Part shown: positions 21,338 to 31,829 of the stretch, piece after piece
Position numbering within the stretch: the first letter of the stretch is position 1
Layout of the letters: every line of letters begins with the position of its first letter
DNA from: Spirochaetaceae bacterium
Lineage (GTDB): Bacteria > Spirochaetota > Spirochaetia > DSM-2461
Direction: 5' to 3'
DNA: 64,000 nt
Assembly (NCBI GenBank): GCA_965224705.1
Contig: OZ245056.1
Location: 1,664,001-1,728,000, forward strand
Position numbers and translations under genes: made by a program
The notes under the pieces: model-generated
What the model was told of the DNA's origin: nothing
Databases searched by the model: none
What the model saw: only the letters and a program-made list of their open reading frames with translations

Positions 21338-22197
<860 letters not shown>

Positions 22198-22221
22198 ATT
22201 CACCATTTCAACCTGATGCAG

Positions 22222-22619
22222 CAGGGTAATTGCATCTAATTCTGTCCCAAAAAGAATGAAAAACACTGATTTTCGAGGTCAATGGAAATTTTTATCCAGT
22301 GTCTCAAAGAATGTGGAATCTCCTCAAAGCGGCATTAAACCGCAGAGAACGCAGAGGTTCGCAGAGAGATATAGGGCAGCTCTTAAAACCGCTTAGAGCT
22401 GCCCGTGGGCGCATGGACGCACCCACATTTTGGGCAAAACGCCCAAAAATGGAGAAAAAGTCTTACTTTAGTCCGGGTTTTTTCGTCTCTATAGCATAAA
22501 CAGATTGGTCAACATTTATCTTGAACACTCTGCGCTCTCTGCGTCCTCTGCGGTTAAAAACCCATGAATAAGGCTTTGAAGAACACTCTGGCTAGTGGAT
22601 TTTAGATGCGATTGCCCTG
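22222..22619. mobile_element. MITE family A, full copy (398 bp)
   Basis: TIRs CAGGGTAATTGCATCTAA / TTAGATGCGATTGCCCTG; near-identical inverted copy at 33264-33826. Confidence 0.88.
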
Positions 22620-22782
22620 GGTGCACTTCGCTGGGGTCTTGATAAGATGGCTATGAGACGGGTTTTTTCGACAAAAAGAAAGTTTAACAAAGAAAAATAC
22701 GACTCAAGGGGGGGGGCTTGAGAATCCCCCCTGCGCTCCGTAAAAAGCGGCTTTTTCAAGCCGTATGCGGGCCAGCTCTGAG
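22620..22782 (-). pseudogene. 5' remnant and upstream spacer repeat of the AAA-nuclease gene, inverted
   Basis: The reverse complement matches the array spacer (CTCAAG..CCCCTTGAGTCGTATTTTTCTTTGTTAAACTTTC) joined to ...CTCATAGC.CATCTTATCAAGACCCCAGCGAAGTGCACC of the gene. Confidence 0.82.
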
Positions 22783-23028
22783 CAAAAAAGCGTCATAAAA
22801 GGAATGGGCCAGGATTCCTGTTTTTGGCAAAGAAGTATGTCTAAAACATTAAAAGGCATGGCAGAAACTTCATTTTCAATGATCATTGGGTCGAGGCAGC
22901 GACATTTCTTCTCGGACTGATACCTTAATGGAGAGTTTTTGAATTAGCTCAATAGTTAACCGGATTTTCTATTGACCCATTACATACTAACATATAGATT
23001 TGGATTACTCGTGGACAAGGAGAGAGTT

Positions 23029-23982
23029 ATGAAAAACTATAAAACAGCAGGAGCGTTACTGGTAATCGCACTCATGATATTGACGGGCTGCCCTTCGCCG
23101 ACGGGGAACGGTGATGGTGTAACTGAGATGAAATTCATCGATATTCAGGGCGGAACCTTCCAGATGGGCAGTACCGACAGCGATGCTAGTCCGGATGAAA
23201 GCCCGGTGCACAGCGTAACGGTGGATTCGTTTTCAATGACCGAAACGGAGGTGACCCACCGGCAGTATTTGGAATTTCTAAACGATGCCGGAGTGTCTGC
23301 ATCCGGGGAGCTGAATGGCAACAAGGTGATAGATATGGGAACATATAGCTTTACAGCTTTTAGCCATGACGGCACGAAGTTTATCTTTTCCATATCAGAA
23401 AAAGCGGATGATATTGACTGTCCGGTGATGGAAGTGACGTGGTACGGAGCCGTGGAATACAGCAACTGGCTGAGTGAACAAGATGGTCTCACCAGGGCGT
23501 ATACCATAAGCGACACAGACAGCACAGATGTAACCTGGGACCAGACTGCCAACGGCTACCGTTTGCCGACGGAAGCGGAGTGGGAGTATGCGGCTCGGGG
23601 AGGGGGCCAATCACAGGGGTATAAGTATGCTGGGAGTAACGATGTGAGTGAAGTGGGGTGGTATTGGGATAATTCCGAGTTTAAGACCCATCCGGTGAAG
23701 GGAAAGAAGGCCAATGAACTGGGCTTGTATGACATGAGCGGTAATGTGGCGGAGTGGTGCTGGGATTGGTATGCTTCGTATTCAAGTTCCCCTGAAAACA
23801 ATCCCACAGGTCCGTCTTCAGCCCCGGACGACATACGCTCGGCACGAGTCCTTCGGGGCGGTAACCACTCCAGTTTCACCGGTCGCTACAGTAGTTTGCG
23901 TTCAACTAAGCGCATCGGTACCCTCCTCCCTGGCACCGGCTCAGACAAGTACGGGTTCCGGCTGGCCCGGTCTGCGGATTGA
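23029..23982 (+). CDS. FGE-sulfatase/SUMF1 (CLec-fold) domain lipoprotein
   Basis: Start MKNYK after AAGGAG; lipobox LTGC; GGTFQMGS, RLPTEAEWEYAARG, NELGLYDMSGNVAEWCWD and GFRLAR motifs. Confidence 0.9.
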   Translation: MKNYKTAGALLVIALMILTGCPSPTGNGDGVTEMKFIDIQGGTFQMGSTDSDASPDESPVHSVTVDSFSMTETEVTHRQYLEFLNDAGVSASGELNGNKVIDMGTYSFTAFSHDGTKFIFSISEKADDIDCPVMEVTWYGAVEYSNWLSEQDGLTRAYTISDTDSTDVTWDQTANGYRLPTEAEWEYAARGGGQSQGYKYAGSNDVSEVGWYWDNSEFKTHPVKGKKANELGLYDMSGNVAEWCWDWYASYSSSPENNPTGPSSAPDDIRSARVLRGGNHSSFTGRYSSLRSTKRIGTLLPGTGSDKYGFRLARSAD

Positions 23983-24269
23983 AATCATCCTCCAACAGGG
24001 ACTCGGGGCTCGGGGGTGAGTTTCGGCGACTGTCCGGAGGGCTGGGGAACGAAGCCCGAAAGACGGACTGCCGTCGAAGCGGTAGGGAGACTTAAGGAAA
24101 ATGCAGCTTGCACTCTTTCTGCGGCCTTCCTTTGTGTTCAGACGATGCGTCATTTTCTGTTTCCAGGAAGCATCCGCGGATCGGTTTACACGGACCATCT
24201 CGCTGCTGTAAATTGAAGTGTGCGAAATCGCGGCCATACTATCGGAAAAGGCCGTGGACGGAGGCAGCA

Positions 24270-24439
24270 ATGATGAACGAAACAGACGAAAACAAACCGA
24301 AGGTACGAACCTGCCTCTGGTTCGACGGCAGCGGTGAACAAGCCGCTGAGTTCTACGTCTCGATCCTGCCTACAGCGCCATGCTGAAGATGAAAAAGATC
24401 GACATCGCTGCACTCGAGACGGCGTTCCGTGGAGAATGA
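24270..24439 (+). pseudogene. PhnB/VOC gene with a large internal deletion
   Basis: N-terminus KVRTCLWFDGSGEQAAEFYVSILP is joined out of frame to a C-terminus AMLKMKKIDIAALETAFRGE*. Confidence 0.75.
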
Positions 24440-24445
24440 CAGCCG

Positions 24446-24694
24446 ATGGGCTCAGCTATTGGCACAGGAGTCGTCCACGAAGTGCCCACAGACCTCCACA
24501 AGGCGCTCAAGGCCGCATCTGAGGTCCGGGAAGCATGGAACGACCTTACCCCCCTCGCTCGCAATGAATGGATCTGCTGGGTCATCTCCGTGAAGAAGCC
24601 GGAAACAAGGCGAAAGCATATAGAACGAACCTGCGCCGAGCTTCTGGAGGGAAAACGCCGACCATGCTGCTGGCCCGGCTGCCCGCATCGATGA
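24446..24694 (+). CDS. YdeI/OmpD-associated (bacteriocin-protection-like) small protein
   Basis: VPTDL..AL....AWNDLTPLARNEWICWVISVKKPETR..IER pattern; RRPCCWPGC tail. Confidence 0.8.
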   Translation: MGSAIGTGVVHEVPTDLHKALKAASEVREAWNDLTPLARNEWICWVISVKKPETRRKHIERTCAELLEGKRRPCCWPGCPHR

Positions 24695-24789
24695 GGGACA
24701 GAAAGGCTTCGGCAAGGGAATTATCCGCTTCCAGCCCGACAAGCCGATGTCGGCTTCACTCGTCCGCAAAGCATCCCTGTAAGGGATCT

Positions 24790-25533
24790 CCCAGGCGGTT
24801 CAATGAGCTGCCGGAGACGACCAGAACGGTCTGCTGCACTCTGGCCGACCGGCTCAAGGCCGCACTTCCGGGCACCGTCCATGGCATCTACCTGCACGGT
24901 GCCATGGTCTTCCCCGAAACTGACCGCATCGTGGATCTCGACGCCCATAGCATTCTGAACCGGCCCCTATCCGATGCGGAAAAGGAAGCCGTCCTGGCCG
25001 TCCACCGCTCCCTGACGGAAGAGTTCCCGCCCCTGACGAGTGACGATCTGGACGTCTGGTACATTCTTCTGGAGGAAACCGGGCAGTCCGCTCCGCGGCA
25101 CCAGATCAATCCAGACCTCGCTGACACGTCCTGGGCCCTGCATCGGGCGCACCTGAGAGCCGGATACGGCATCGTCCTGCACGGCCCCCCGCCCTGGGAG
25201 ACGTTCCGGGCACCCACGTGGCCGGAACTCAAGGCGAGTCTCGACGGGGAGCTGAAGTTCGTCCTGGATCATGCCGCAAGGTATCCCGCATACTGCGTCC
25301 TGAACGCCTGCAGGCTGATGGTCAGCTATCAGACCAGGGACGTGGTCTTTTCCAAGAAGACCTCCGCCGAATGGACGATGGACAATTTCCGCGCATGGGA
25401 AGGCCTCATCGCCGCAGCACTCCGCGACTATGCGAAGAGCGCAGGCAGCGGGGATCGGCAACTGCTGACCAAAAAGACGGGGCCCTTCCTGGAATTCGCC
25501 CGGGCTGTCATCGCCGCTGGCAAATCGGATTGA
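24790..25533 (+). CDS. Nucleotidyltransferase with AadA-like/DUF4111 C-terminal domain (start uncertain, possibly 5'-truncated)
   Basis: GIYLHGA...DLD, GIVLHGPPP and YCVLNACR...SKK motifs; no good in-frame ATG close to the domain start. Confidence 0.65.
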   Translation, partial: PRRFNELPETTRTVCCTLADRLKAALPGTVHGIYLHGAMVFPETDRIVDLDAHSILNRPLSDAEKEAVLAVHRSLTEEFPPLTSDDLDVWYILLEETGQSAPRHQINPDLADTSWALHRAHLRAGYGIVLHGPPPWETFRAPTWPELKASLDGELKFVLDHAARYPAYCVLNACRLMVSYQTRDVVFSKKTSAEWTMDNFRAWEGLIAAALRDYAKSAGSGDRQLLTKKTGPFLEFARAVIAAGKSD

Positions 25534-25614
25534 AGGTGGGTTCCGAAGTATACTCGGGCCGTCCTTTTACTTCATCAAAGGTGGAAGTCCAGTCTGGAAT
25601 TGTTTCAATACCCA

Positions 25615-25777
25615 GGAGTCTGTCGGATTTTAAGGCTTCGAGGCGATTTTTGATGATTTTTTTCCGATACAAGGCGGCAAAAACGGAACGTAGCTGGGCT
25701 ACGTGAGTATTTTGGCAACGCGGTAGCGGGAAAAAAGGGCAAAAATCGAGCCGTGAGGCGTAAACCCGACAGACTCC
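25615..25777 (-). mobile_element. MITE family B (163 bp)
   Basis: GGAGTCTGTCGG...CCGACAGACTCC terminal repeats with a CA duplication. Confidence 0.85.
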
Positions 25778-25919
25778 CAGAAAAACAAATAAAATCAGAA
25801 CAGGCAGAATGGCAGCAAGTAAAAGGCTGAAAACCCCATCCCCATGCTGATCAGCAGAGGCTTCCGGCTGAATGATAGTAGCCCGTCAGCGGCCATCCGC
25901 AGCATCAGGGATATCAAGG

Positions 25920-26897
25920 TCATCCGGCCACTGCTATCGAAAACTCCTTAGAATCAAACTCCCTGTGGATTTCTGATAGAAGCGAAAAGAAGGCATCACC
26001 AAGTTCCTGTGGAGGTTGTGGGTCACAAATGGATTTTCCCCTGATAGGATAAGTCCCGGGCAAACCCTTATTGTGCTTGAGAATGAATTCCTTGTATTCC
26101 GGCGATATATAGAAAGTGACTGTAAGCCTGTGCGTCGGTCTATCTTTATCGTACCCTATTTCCAGCATTTCTGGAGACAGATAACCATTGAGAGGTTTCC
26201 CGTTTAGTTGTGCTGATGCAAGATATTTTTTTATAAACATAGCAACAGGATGCACATCCGCAGATTCGTAAACTATACCCTTCTCGCTCGAAACCATGAA
26301 AGAGCCAACCAGGTCCGAACGTACATACGGGTGTGAAATATGATATCCGGAGGACTCTGGATACTCTTGACACAACGCTTTAATGAGGACGGTTTCCAAA
26401 TCCCCCACTGTTAAATCAGGCTCATTCAACATAAGAGGGGTACTATAGAAATGAATATTTGTAATCCTTCCATAGGAGTCTGTCGGACTTACGCCTCACG
26501 GCTCGATTTTTGCCCTTTTCCCCTGCTGCTGCGTTGCCAAAATACTCACGTAGCCCAGCTACGCTCCGTTTTTGTCGCCTTGCATCAGGAAAAAATCATC
26601 AAAAATCGCCTCAAAGTCTTAAAGTCCGACAGACTCATAGAGTTCTGACGATTCTTCCATAATGAAGTAATCGCTGAGTACTTTTCCATTAATTTTGGTT
26701 TTCTTCAGGTGATCCGCTATAAAAGAAACAACCTCATAACCTACCCCAACCCCGTCATCTAATCGTGTGATGGACAGTCCGAAATCAGGATGGGCTTCAT
26801 AGGAAAAGGCCGGCAATACACCGGCCAAAGGGAGAATCAGGAAAAATGCCATCATCAATGGATTTCGCCTCTTTATACAGATCCTCAAAAGCATCAA
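25920..26897 (-). pseudogene. Secreted hypothetical protein interrupted by MITE B
   Basis: Removing 26475-26637 and one TA joins ...MEESSEL-YGRITNIHFYSTPL-MLNEPD in frame (about 270 aa); signal-peptide-like N-terminus. Confidence 0.78.
26475..26637 (+). mobile_element. MITE family B (163 bp)
   Basis: TIRs GGAGTCTGTCGGACTT / AAGTCCGACAGACTCA, flanked by TA. Confidence 0.88.
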
Positions 26898-27109
26898 TGG
26901 AGTTTAATTTGTTGGAGCTGCGCAGTCAATACTTTACACAGCTTCCCAAAATTTGAAATTCTTCTCCTCAAATTCGGAAATCAAAGGAGTAAGGGAGTTT
27001 TTGAATTAGCTCGAATCAATATGATTTCTTTATATCTCTATATGAGATTCACAATACATTCACAACTGTCAAATACCTTCAATCAGATTTGAAGGAGGCG
27101 GAGCGTGAA

Positions 27110-28408
27110 ATGCGGGAACCAATAGTTCAGGCGGAAAAGCTAAAACCCGTGCGGACACCCAGACAAAAGCGTCAATGGCGGATTGTTTTGACTCTGCTGG
27201 CGGCCCTCCCGCTGCTGGCCGGGGGGGGATATCTTCTTTTGATGCCGCGTGAAAGGGTATTTCGGTTAACAGACTATACAATTGATACTGTTCAGAAGGG
27301 AGATTTATCCCAGACCACCCAGGCCAGCGGAACGGTGTCCATTCCATCCACCCTGAGCGTGCTTAGCCCGGAATCGGGTTACGCGGCAACTCTTATGGTG
27401 GAGGAAGGAGAATTCGTACAAAAGGGGCGGATACTGGCCCGGCTGGATGTGCCGGATCTGCTGTTGGAGTTGGAGGATCTGCTGATCGATTTACAGATAA
27501 AACGCCAGAACCTGGATACGTCTCTGGAGGAAACACGGTTTGCGCTTATGAAACTGCAAAAAAGCGTGGACTACGCGGCGGAAGACATTCAGGACGCGCG
27601 GGACGATGTGGCCCGCATGGAAAAACTGGTAGAGATAAACGATTCCCGGCAGAGCGAACTGGATACGGCCAATACAAGCCTGCGGACACTTGTACGCGGA
27701 AAGGATGATCTGGTTTTCAGTATGGAGGAAACCCGGTCGCTTGCCCTGCTTTCCCAGGAGAGCCAGAAGGCGGAAATCACCCGCGTGGAAACAGAGGTGG
27801 CCCGATTGCGGGAGCGTATCGATGATGCGTCTATAAGAAATCCCATGGACGGGGAAGTGCTGGAAATCGCGGCGGCCCTGGCGGTTCCAGGAACACTGAT
27901 TGGGGTGAATGAACCCTTGTTCAGCATCGCGGACCGAAAAACGGCCATTGTGGAGCTGGACGTATCAGAGGTGTACAGCGGATTGATCGAACCGGGACTG
28001 CCGGTGCGGCTGACGGTGGGTAATCAGCAGATTTCCGGTTCGGTAACGGCGGTGGGCAAGGTGGCGACGGCATCCAGCGATGGTATTGGCTCCACGGTGG
28101 TGGTGAAAGTTAAACCACAGGGCGATCCGGCGGTGCTTGTGCCGGGGTCCACCGTGGTGGGCGAGATGAGGGTCGGTCAGCAGGCTGATGCCCTGTATCT
28201 TCCCCGCGGTCCCTACCTGACAACGGGAAGCCAGAAGTACCTGTATGTGGTTGACGGGAGTACCGCGATAAAACGGGAGGTCAGTTTTGGAACGGTGCAG
28301 GGGAACAATGTTGTGATACTTCGGGGTATTGAGGCCGGAGAAAGGGTTTTGGTCAGCGGTTATCAGAACTTTATTGAATACAATGAAATCAAACTGGAGG
28401 AAAAATAG
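27110..28408 (+). CDS. Periplasmic adaptor (MacA/HlyD-like membrane fusion protein)
   Basis: N-terminal TM segment, lipoyl-like VEEGEFVQKG, long coiled coil, IRNPMDG. Confidence 0.85.
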   Translation: MREPIVQAEKLKPVRTPRQKRQWRIVLTLLAALPLLAGGGYLLLMPRERVFRLTDYTIDTVQKGDLSQTTQASGTVSIPSTLSVLSPESGYAATLMVEEGEFVQKGRILARLDVPDLLLELEDLLIDLQIKRQNLDTSLEETRFALMKLQKSVDYAAEDIQDARDDVARMEKLVEINDSRQSELDTANTSLRTLVRGKDDLVFSMEETRSLALLSQESQKAEITRVETEVARLRERIDDASIRNPMDGEVLEIAAALAVPGTLIGVNEPLFSIADRKTAIVELDVSEVYSGLIEPGLPVRLTVGNQQISGSVTAVGKVATASSDGIGSTVVVKVKPQGDPAVLVPGSTVVGEMRVGQQADALYLPRGPYLTTGSQKYLYVVDGSTAIKREVSFGTVQGNNVVILRGIEAGERVLVSGYQNFIEYNEIKLEEK

Positions 28409-28410
28409 TT

Positions 28411-29136
28411 ATGATTGAACTTGATGGCATAGGAAAAAACTATGATCTGGAGGCGGTTCAGGTTAAGGCCCTGGACGGCATCTCTCTGAAAATTGAAAGC
28501 GGTGAGTATGTGGCGGTTATGGGGGCCTCCGGGTCGGGCAAGTCCACCCTGATGCACATACTGGGCATTCTGGATCTTCCCACTTCGGGCAGCTACAAAC
28601 TGGAGGGTTACGATGTGACGCGGCTGCCGGATAAGGAGCAGGCCCGTATACGCAACAAGCACTTTGGGTTTGTGTTTCAGAGCTTTAATCTGTTTTCGGA
28701 ATTGAGCTCCATGGAAAATGTTATGCTGCCCATGAGCTACGCGGGAGTCTCCCACACGAAACGCCGTGAGAGGGCCGCCCAGTTGTTAAGCGATGTGGGA
28801 CTGGAACACCGCCTGCATCATTTGCCGACCATGCTGAGCGGCGGTGAACAGCAGCGTGTGGCTATTGCCCGCGCCCTGGCCAATACCCCCGGCCTTATTC
28901 TGGCGGATGAACCGACAGGCAACCTGCCCTCCGGCAAGGGCGAGGAGGTATTACAGATTCTGGAAAATCTGAACCGCCAGGGGGTAACAATTATTATGGT
29001 GACCCACAACGAGGATCAGGGTCGGCGCGCCCATCGGCGCATCCATATCACGGACGGCAAACTCCACAGCGACGACAAGCAGGTGAATACGGCAGCCGGA
29101 ACGTCCGCGGCCGAGGCAATGAGAGAGGCAAAATGA
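28411..29136 (+). CDS. ABC transporter ATP-binding protein (LolD/MacB-type)
   Basis: [22 protein letters not shown] and [10 protein letters not shown] motifs. Confidence 0.95.
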   Translation: MIELDGIGKNYDLEAVQVKALDGISLKIESGEYVAVMGASGSGKSTLMHILGILDLPTSGSYKLEGYDVTRLPDKEQARIRNKHFGFVFQSFNLFSELSSMENVMLPMSYAGVSHTKRRERAAQLLSDVGLEHRLHHLPTMLSGGEQQRVAIARALANTPGLILADEPTGNLPSGKGEEVLQILENLNRQGVTIIMVTHNEDQGRRAHRRIHITDGKLHSDDKQVNTAAGTSAAEAMREAK

Positions 29137-30485
29137 AACGCGGAGAAGATTTACTGTTGAGCACGCGTTCTGTCAGCAGCCGCGTTGTGGAATCCGTTCT
29201 TCTGGTGGCGGCCATTGCCCTGGGCATCGGGGCCGCTGGCGCCGGTATTGCCATGATGGCCGGAACAGCCTCCCAGAGCAAAAAGCTGCTGGCCCTGCCC
29301 GAGTACCGGGAAATTGTGGTGAGTACCCGAACCGATACCGAAGAGATGGATATTCCGGCCATTGCCATCAGCGACGACAGCAGCGATGTTGTACTGACCA
29401 CCATTGATCTAAAGGCCGCGGACGAAGCCCCCGATGTCCGTTACGCCTATGTGGCCAACCGCACCCGCTTCCATCTGGGAGACTTCCAGTTTGGGCGGGG
29501 ACAGGCAGCCGGACAAAATACAGACGGGACTGGTTCAAGTGGTGCTGATTCCGGCGGTGCTGGTTCCCCAGATACCGGGGACGATGGGTCAGACCGTACT
29601 GCCGATTCTTCCGATTCGGAAAACCAGGCAGAGATGTCCCGCTTCGACGAATTGGACGGCTACGAGGTAAGTCCGGAATTTTTTGCGTCCAACGGCATGA
29701 ATGCCGCCGAGGGCAGCCTCTTTACAGCGGATGACATGATTTCTGGCGAACCAATGCTTATCTACGGCGCGGCTCTGGCCCGGGACATGAACGGTGCCGT
29801 GGGCGAGCAGATTATGGTTCGGGGAGAAATGAGAACCGTTGTGGGAATACTGGCCCCCACCGGCACCAACTACGACAAGATGGCCTTCGCTCCCACGATT
29901 ATGCTGGATTTGCAGGGGTTGACGGAAGTCCCCCGCCGTTACCGGCGGTGGGGATCTACCCTGCGGTTCTCGGTGGACGATGTGAACCGGCTGGAACAGG
30001 CCCGCAGCCAGTTGGAAACATGGTTCAGCCGAACTTACGGCCCCGGCGCGATAAGCATTACCGTACCCCGTGCCGAGGCCGAGGCGGCTAAGATACGGGC
30101 CTCACGGCTGGCCGCTGTGGTTCTGTTTCTGTCTCTGGCCGGACTGTTCATAGCGGCGGTCAACGTGTCCAACATTCTTTACAGCCGAATGGTGAGACGG
30201 CACCGCGATGTGGGCATACTGAAGGCATTGGGGGCCTCCATGCGGGATGTGTTTCGTCTTTTCTTCAGCGAAGCAATGCTGCTGGGTGTTCTGGGCGCGG
30301 CAGTGGGCATAGGTGTTTCCGTCCTGCTTTCCCGCCTGATGGTGAACACACTGGGCTTTGAGAAGATTTCAGTTATTGTCCTGGCACTGGGTATAATCGG
30401 CGCATGGTTGCTGACAGTGATTTTGACAGTATTTCCGGCGCTGCAGGCGGCCCGTGTACCGGCGGCTGAGGCCATGAGAGAATAG
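29133..30485 (+). CDS. MacB/FtsX-type ABC permease
   Basis: One TM, a periplasmic domain, then three TMs with RHRDVGILKALGAS. Confidence 0.88.
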   Translation: MKRGEDLLLSTRSVSSRVVESVLLVAAIALGIGAAGAGIAMMAGTASQSKKLLALPEYREIVVSTRTDTEEMDIPAIAISDDSSDVVLTTIDLKAADEAPDVRYAYVANRTRFHLGDFQFGRGQAAGQNTDGTGSSGADSGGAGSPDTGDDGSDRTADSSDSENQAEMSRFDELDGYEVSPEFFASNGMNAAEGSLFTADDMISGEPMLIYGAALARDMNGAVGEQIMVRGEMRTVVGILAPTGTNYDKMAFAPTIMLDLQGLTEVPRRYRRWGSTLRFSVDDVNRLEQARSQLETWFSRTYGPGAISITVPRAEAEAAKIRASRLAAVVLFLSLAGLFIAAVNVSNILYSRMVRRHRDVGILKALGASMRDVFRLFFSEAMLLGVLGAAVGIGVSVLLSRLMVNTLGFEKISVIVLALGIIGAWLLTVILTVFPALQAARVPAAEAMRE

Positions 30486-30494
30486 GAGAAAATC

Positions 30495-31820
30495 ATGAAA
30501 ATTATTCGCAGTGTACTGCGGGGCATCGCCGCCTCGCCGGGAAAAAATCTTTTGACCGTCTTCACGGTTGGGGCCGGAGTGGGCGTATTGATTCTGGCTT
30601 TGAGTTTGAGTTCATTCTTTTCCAGCCTGGTCGAAAAACAACTTTCTTCCAATGGAACAATCATCACATTTGCCAATGGCACATTGGATGCCAACGGCCA
30701 GGTGAGCCGAGCCCGACCCGCCCAGTTTGATGAAAATGTTATGGACATCGTCCAAAGCGAGGTGGCGGGAGTGTCGGCCATTTCGCCCATCGACACACCT
30801 CCATGGCAGACAATGCGTATCGATAACCGTAACTATCAGATTCGCAGTGCCATTGGCGTATCGGGAGATTATTTTGACGTAATGGGATTGACGATGGCCA
30901 TTGGTCAGCCTTTTAGTGACGAGGATATACGGCTGGCCAATAAAAAGGCCATTGTTACCCGCAATTTGGCCGAGCAGCTCTTTGGTTCCGCCGACGCGGC
31001 TCTGGGCAAAACAGTGCAGCCTCCCAGCTTTGGCCCTCCACCGGACCAGAACCAGGCCAACGCGGCAGTGCCCAGTATACAAACTTTTGTTATTCAGGGT
31101 GTGATGGAAAACCCCGACGAAGTACAGCGGCGGGCCTACGGTGTGGCCGACATAATGGTTCCCTACACCGCCGCCTTGCCTGAAGCCATGCGGAACAGCA
31201 GTTTTTTCAGCATGGGTTTTCTTTTGGCCACCCAGGTTATCCGGGTAGAAGGAGCCAGCCTGTCCACCGTTTCAGCCCAGCTGAACGAAGTACTCACCCG
31301 TGCCTACGGGGAAGATCTGGAACTGCTGGTGTGGGAGGGAACACCTGATGGCGAATCCGCGTGGCTGGAAGAAGCCCGTCAAACCATTGCCACCTTTAAC
31401 CTGGTTATCAACCTGTTGGGATTTGTCCTGTTAGTCACCGGAGCCATCGGCATACTGAGCATAATGCTGGTAGAAACCCTGGGAAGAAGCAGGCAGATTG
31501 CCCTGGAACGGTCATTCGGAGCATCAAAGGGCCGGATTGTCGGGGAATTCTTTGCCCGTTCGGCAGCACTGAGCCTGATCAGTGCCTTTGTCGGGTTAAT
31601 CCTTAGCCTGATATTCGCCAGTCCCCTGAAGTTAGTTCTGGAACCGGTGCTGACGGGTGCGGGACTTGGCGGCGCGGTAACCAACGGCGATTTACTCATA
31701 ACCCTGCCTTCCATTCTGATAGCCTTTGCCGCGTCGGTTGTGATTGGCGGTGTGTTCGGGATATTCCCGGTCATGTCCAATCTAAAAGTACCAATCTCAG
31801 ACGGGATTCGGGATTTATAG
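30495..31820 (+). CDS. MacB/FtsX-type ABC permease
   Basis: Same topology; GILSIML...RSRQIALERSFGAS. Confidence 0.88.
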   Translation: MKIIRSVLRGIAASPGKNLLTVFTVGAGVGVLILALSLSSFFSSLVEKQLSSNGTIITFANGTLDANGQVSRARPAQFDENVMDIVQSEVAGVSAISPIDTPPWQTMRIDNRNYQIRSAIGVSGDYFDVMGLTMAIGQPFSDEDIRLANKKAIVTRNLAEQLFGSADAALGKTVQPPSFGPPPDQNQANAAVPSIQTFVIQGVMENPDEVQRRAYGVADIMVPYTAALPEAMRNSSFFSMGFLLATQVIRVEGASLSTVSAQLNEVLTRAYGEDLELLVWEGTPDGESAWLEEARQTIATFNLVINLLGFVLLVTGAIGILSIMLVETLGRSRQIALERSFGASKGRIVGEFFARSAALSLISAFVGLILSLIFASPLKLVLEPVLTGAGLGGAVTNGDLLITLPSILIAFAASVVIGGVFGIFPVMSNLKVPISDGIRDL

Positions 31821-31829
31821 GACGCCGTT

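Noticed and set aside
22299..22499. 66-aa ORF repeated at 33384-33611
   Set aside because: Lies inside MITE A; the conservation reflects the repeat and gives no evidence of coding.
26451..26648. Recurrent small ORFs ending LKSDRL (also near 34.8-35.2 kb and 47.9-48.3 kb)
   Set aside because: Translations of MITE B.
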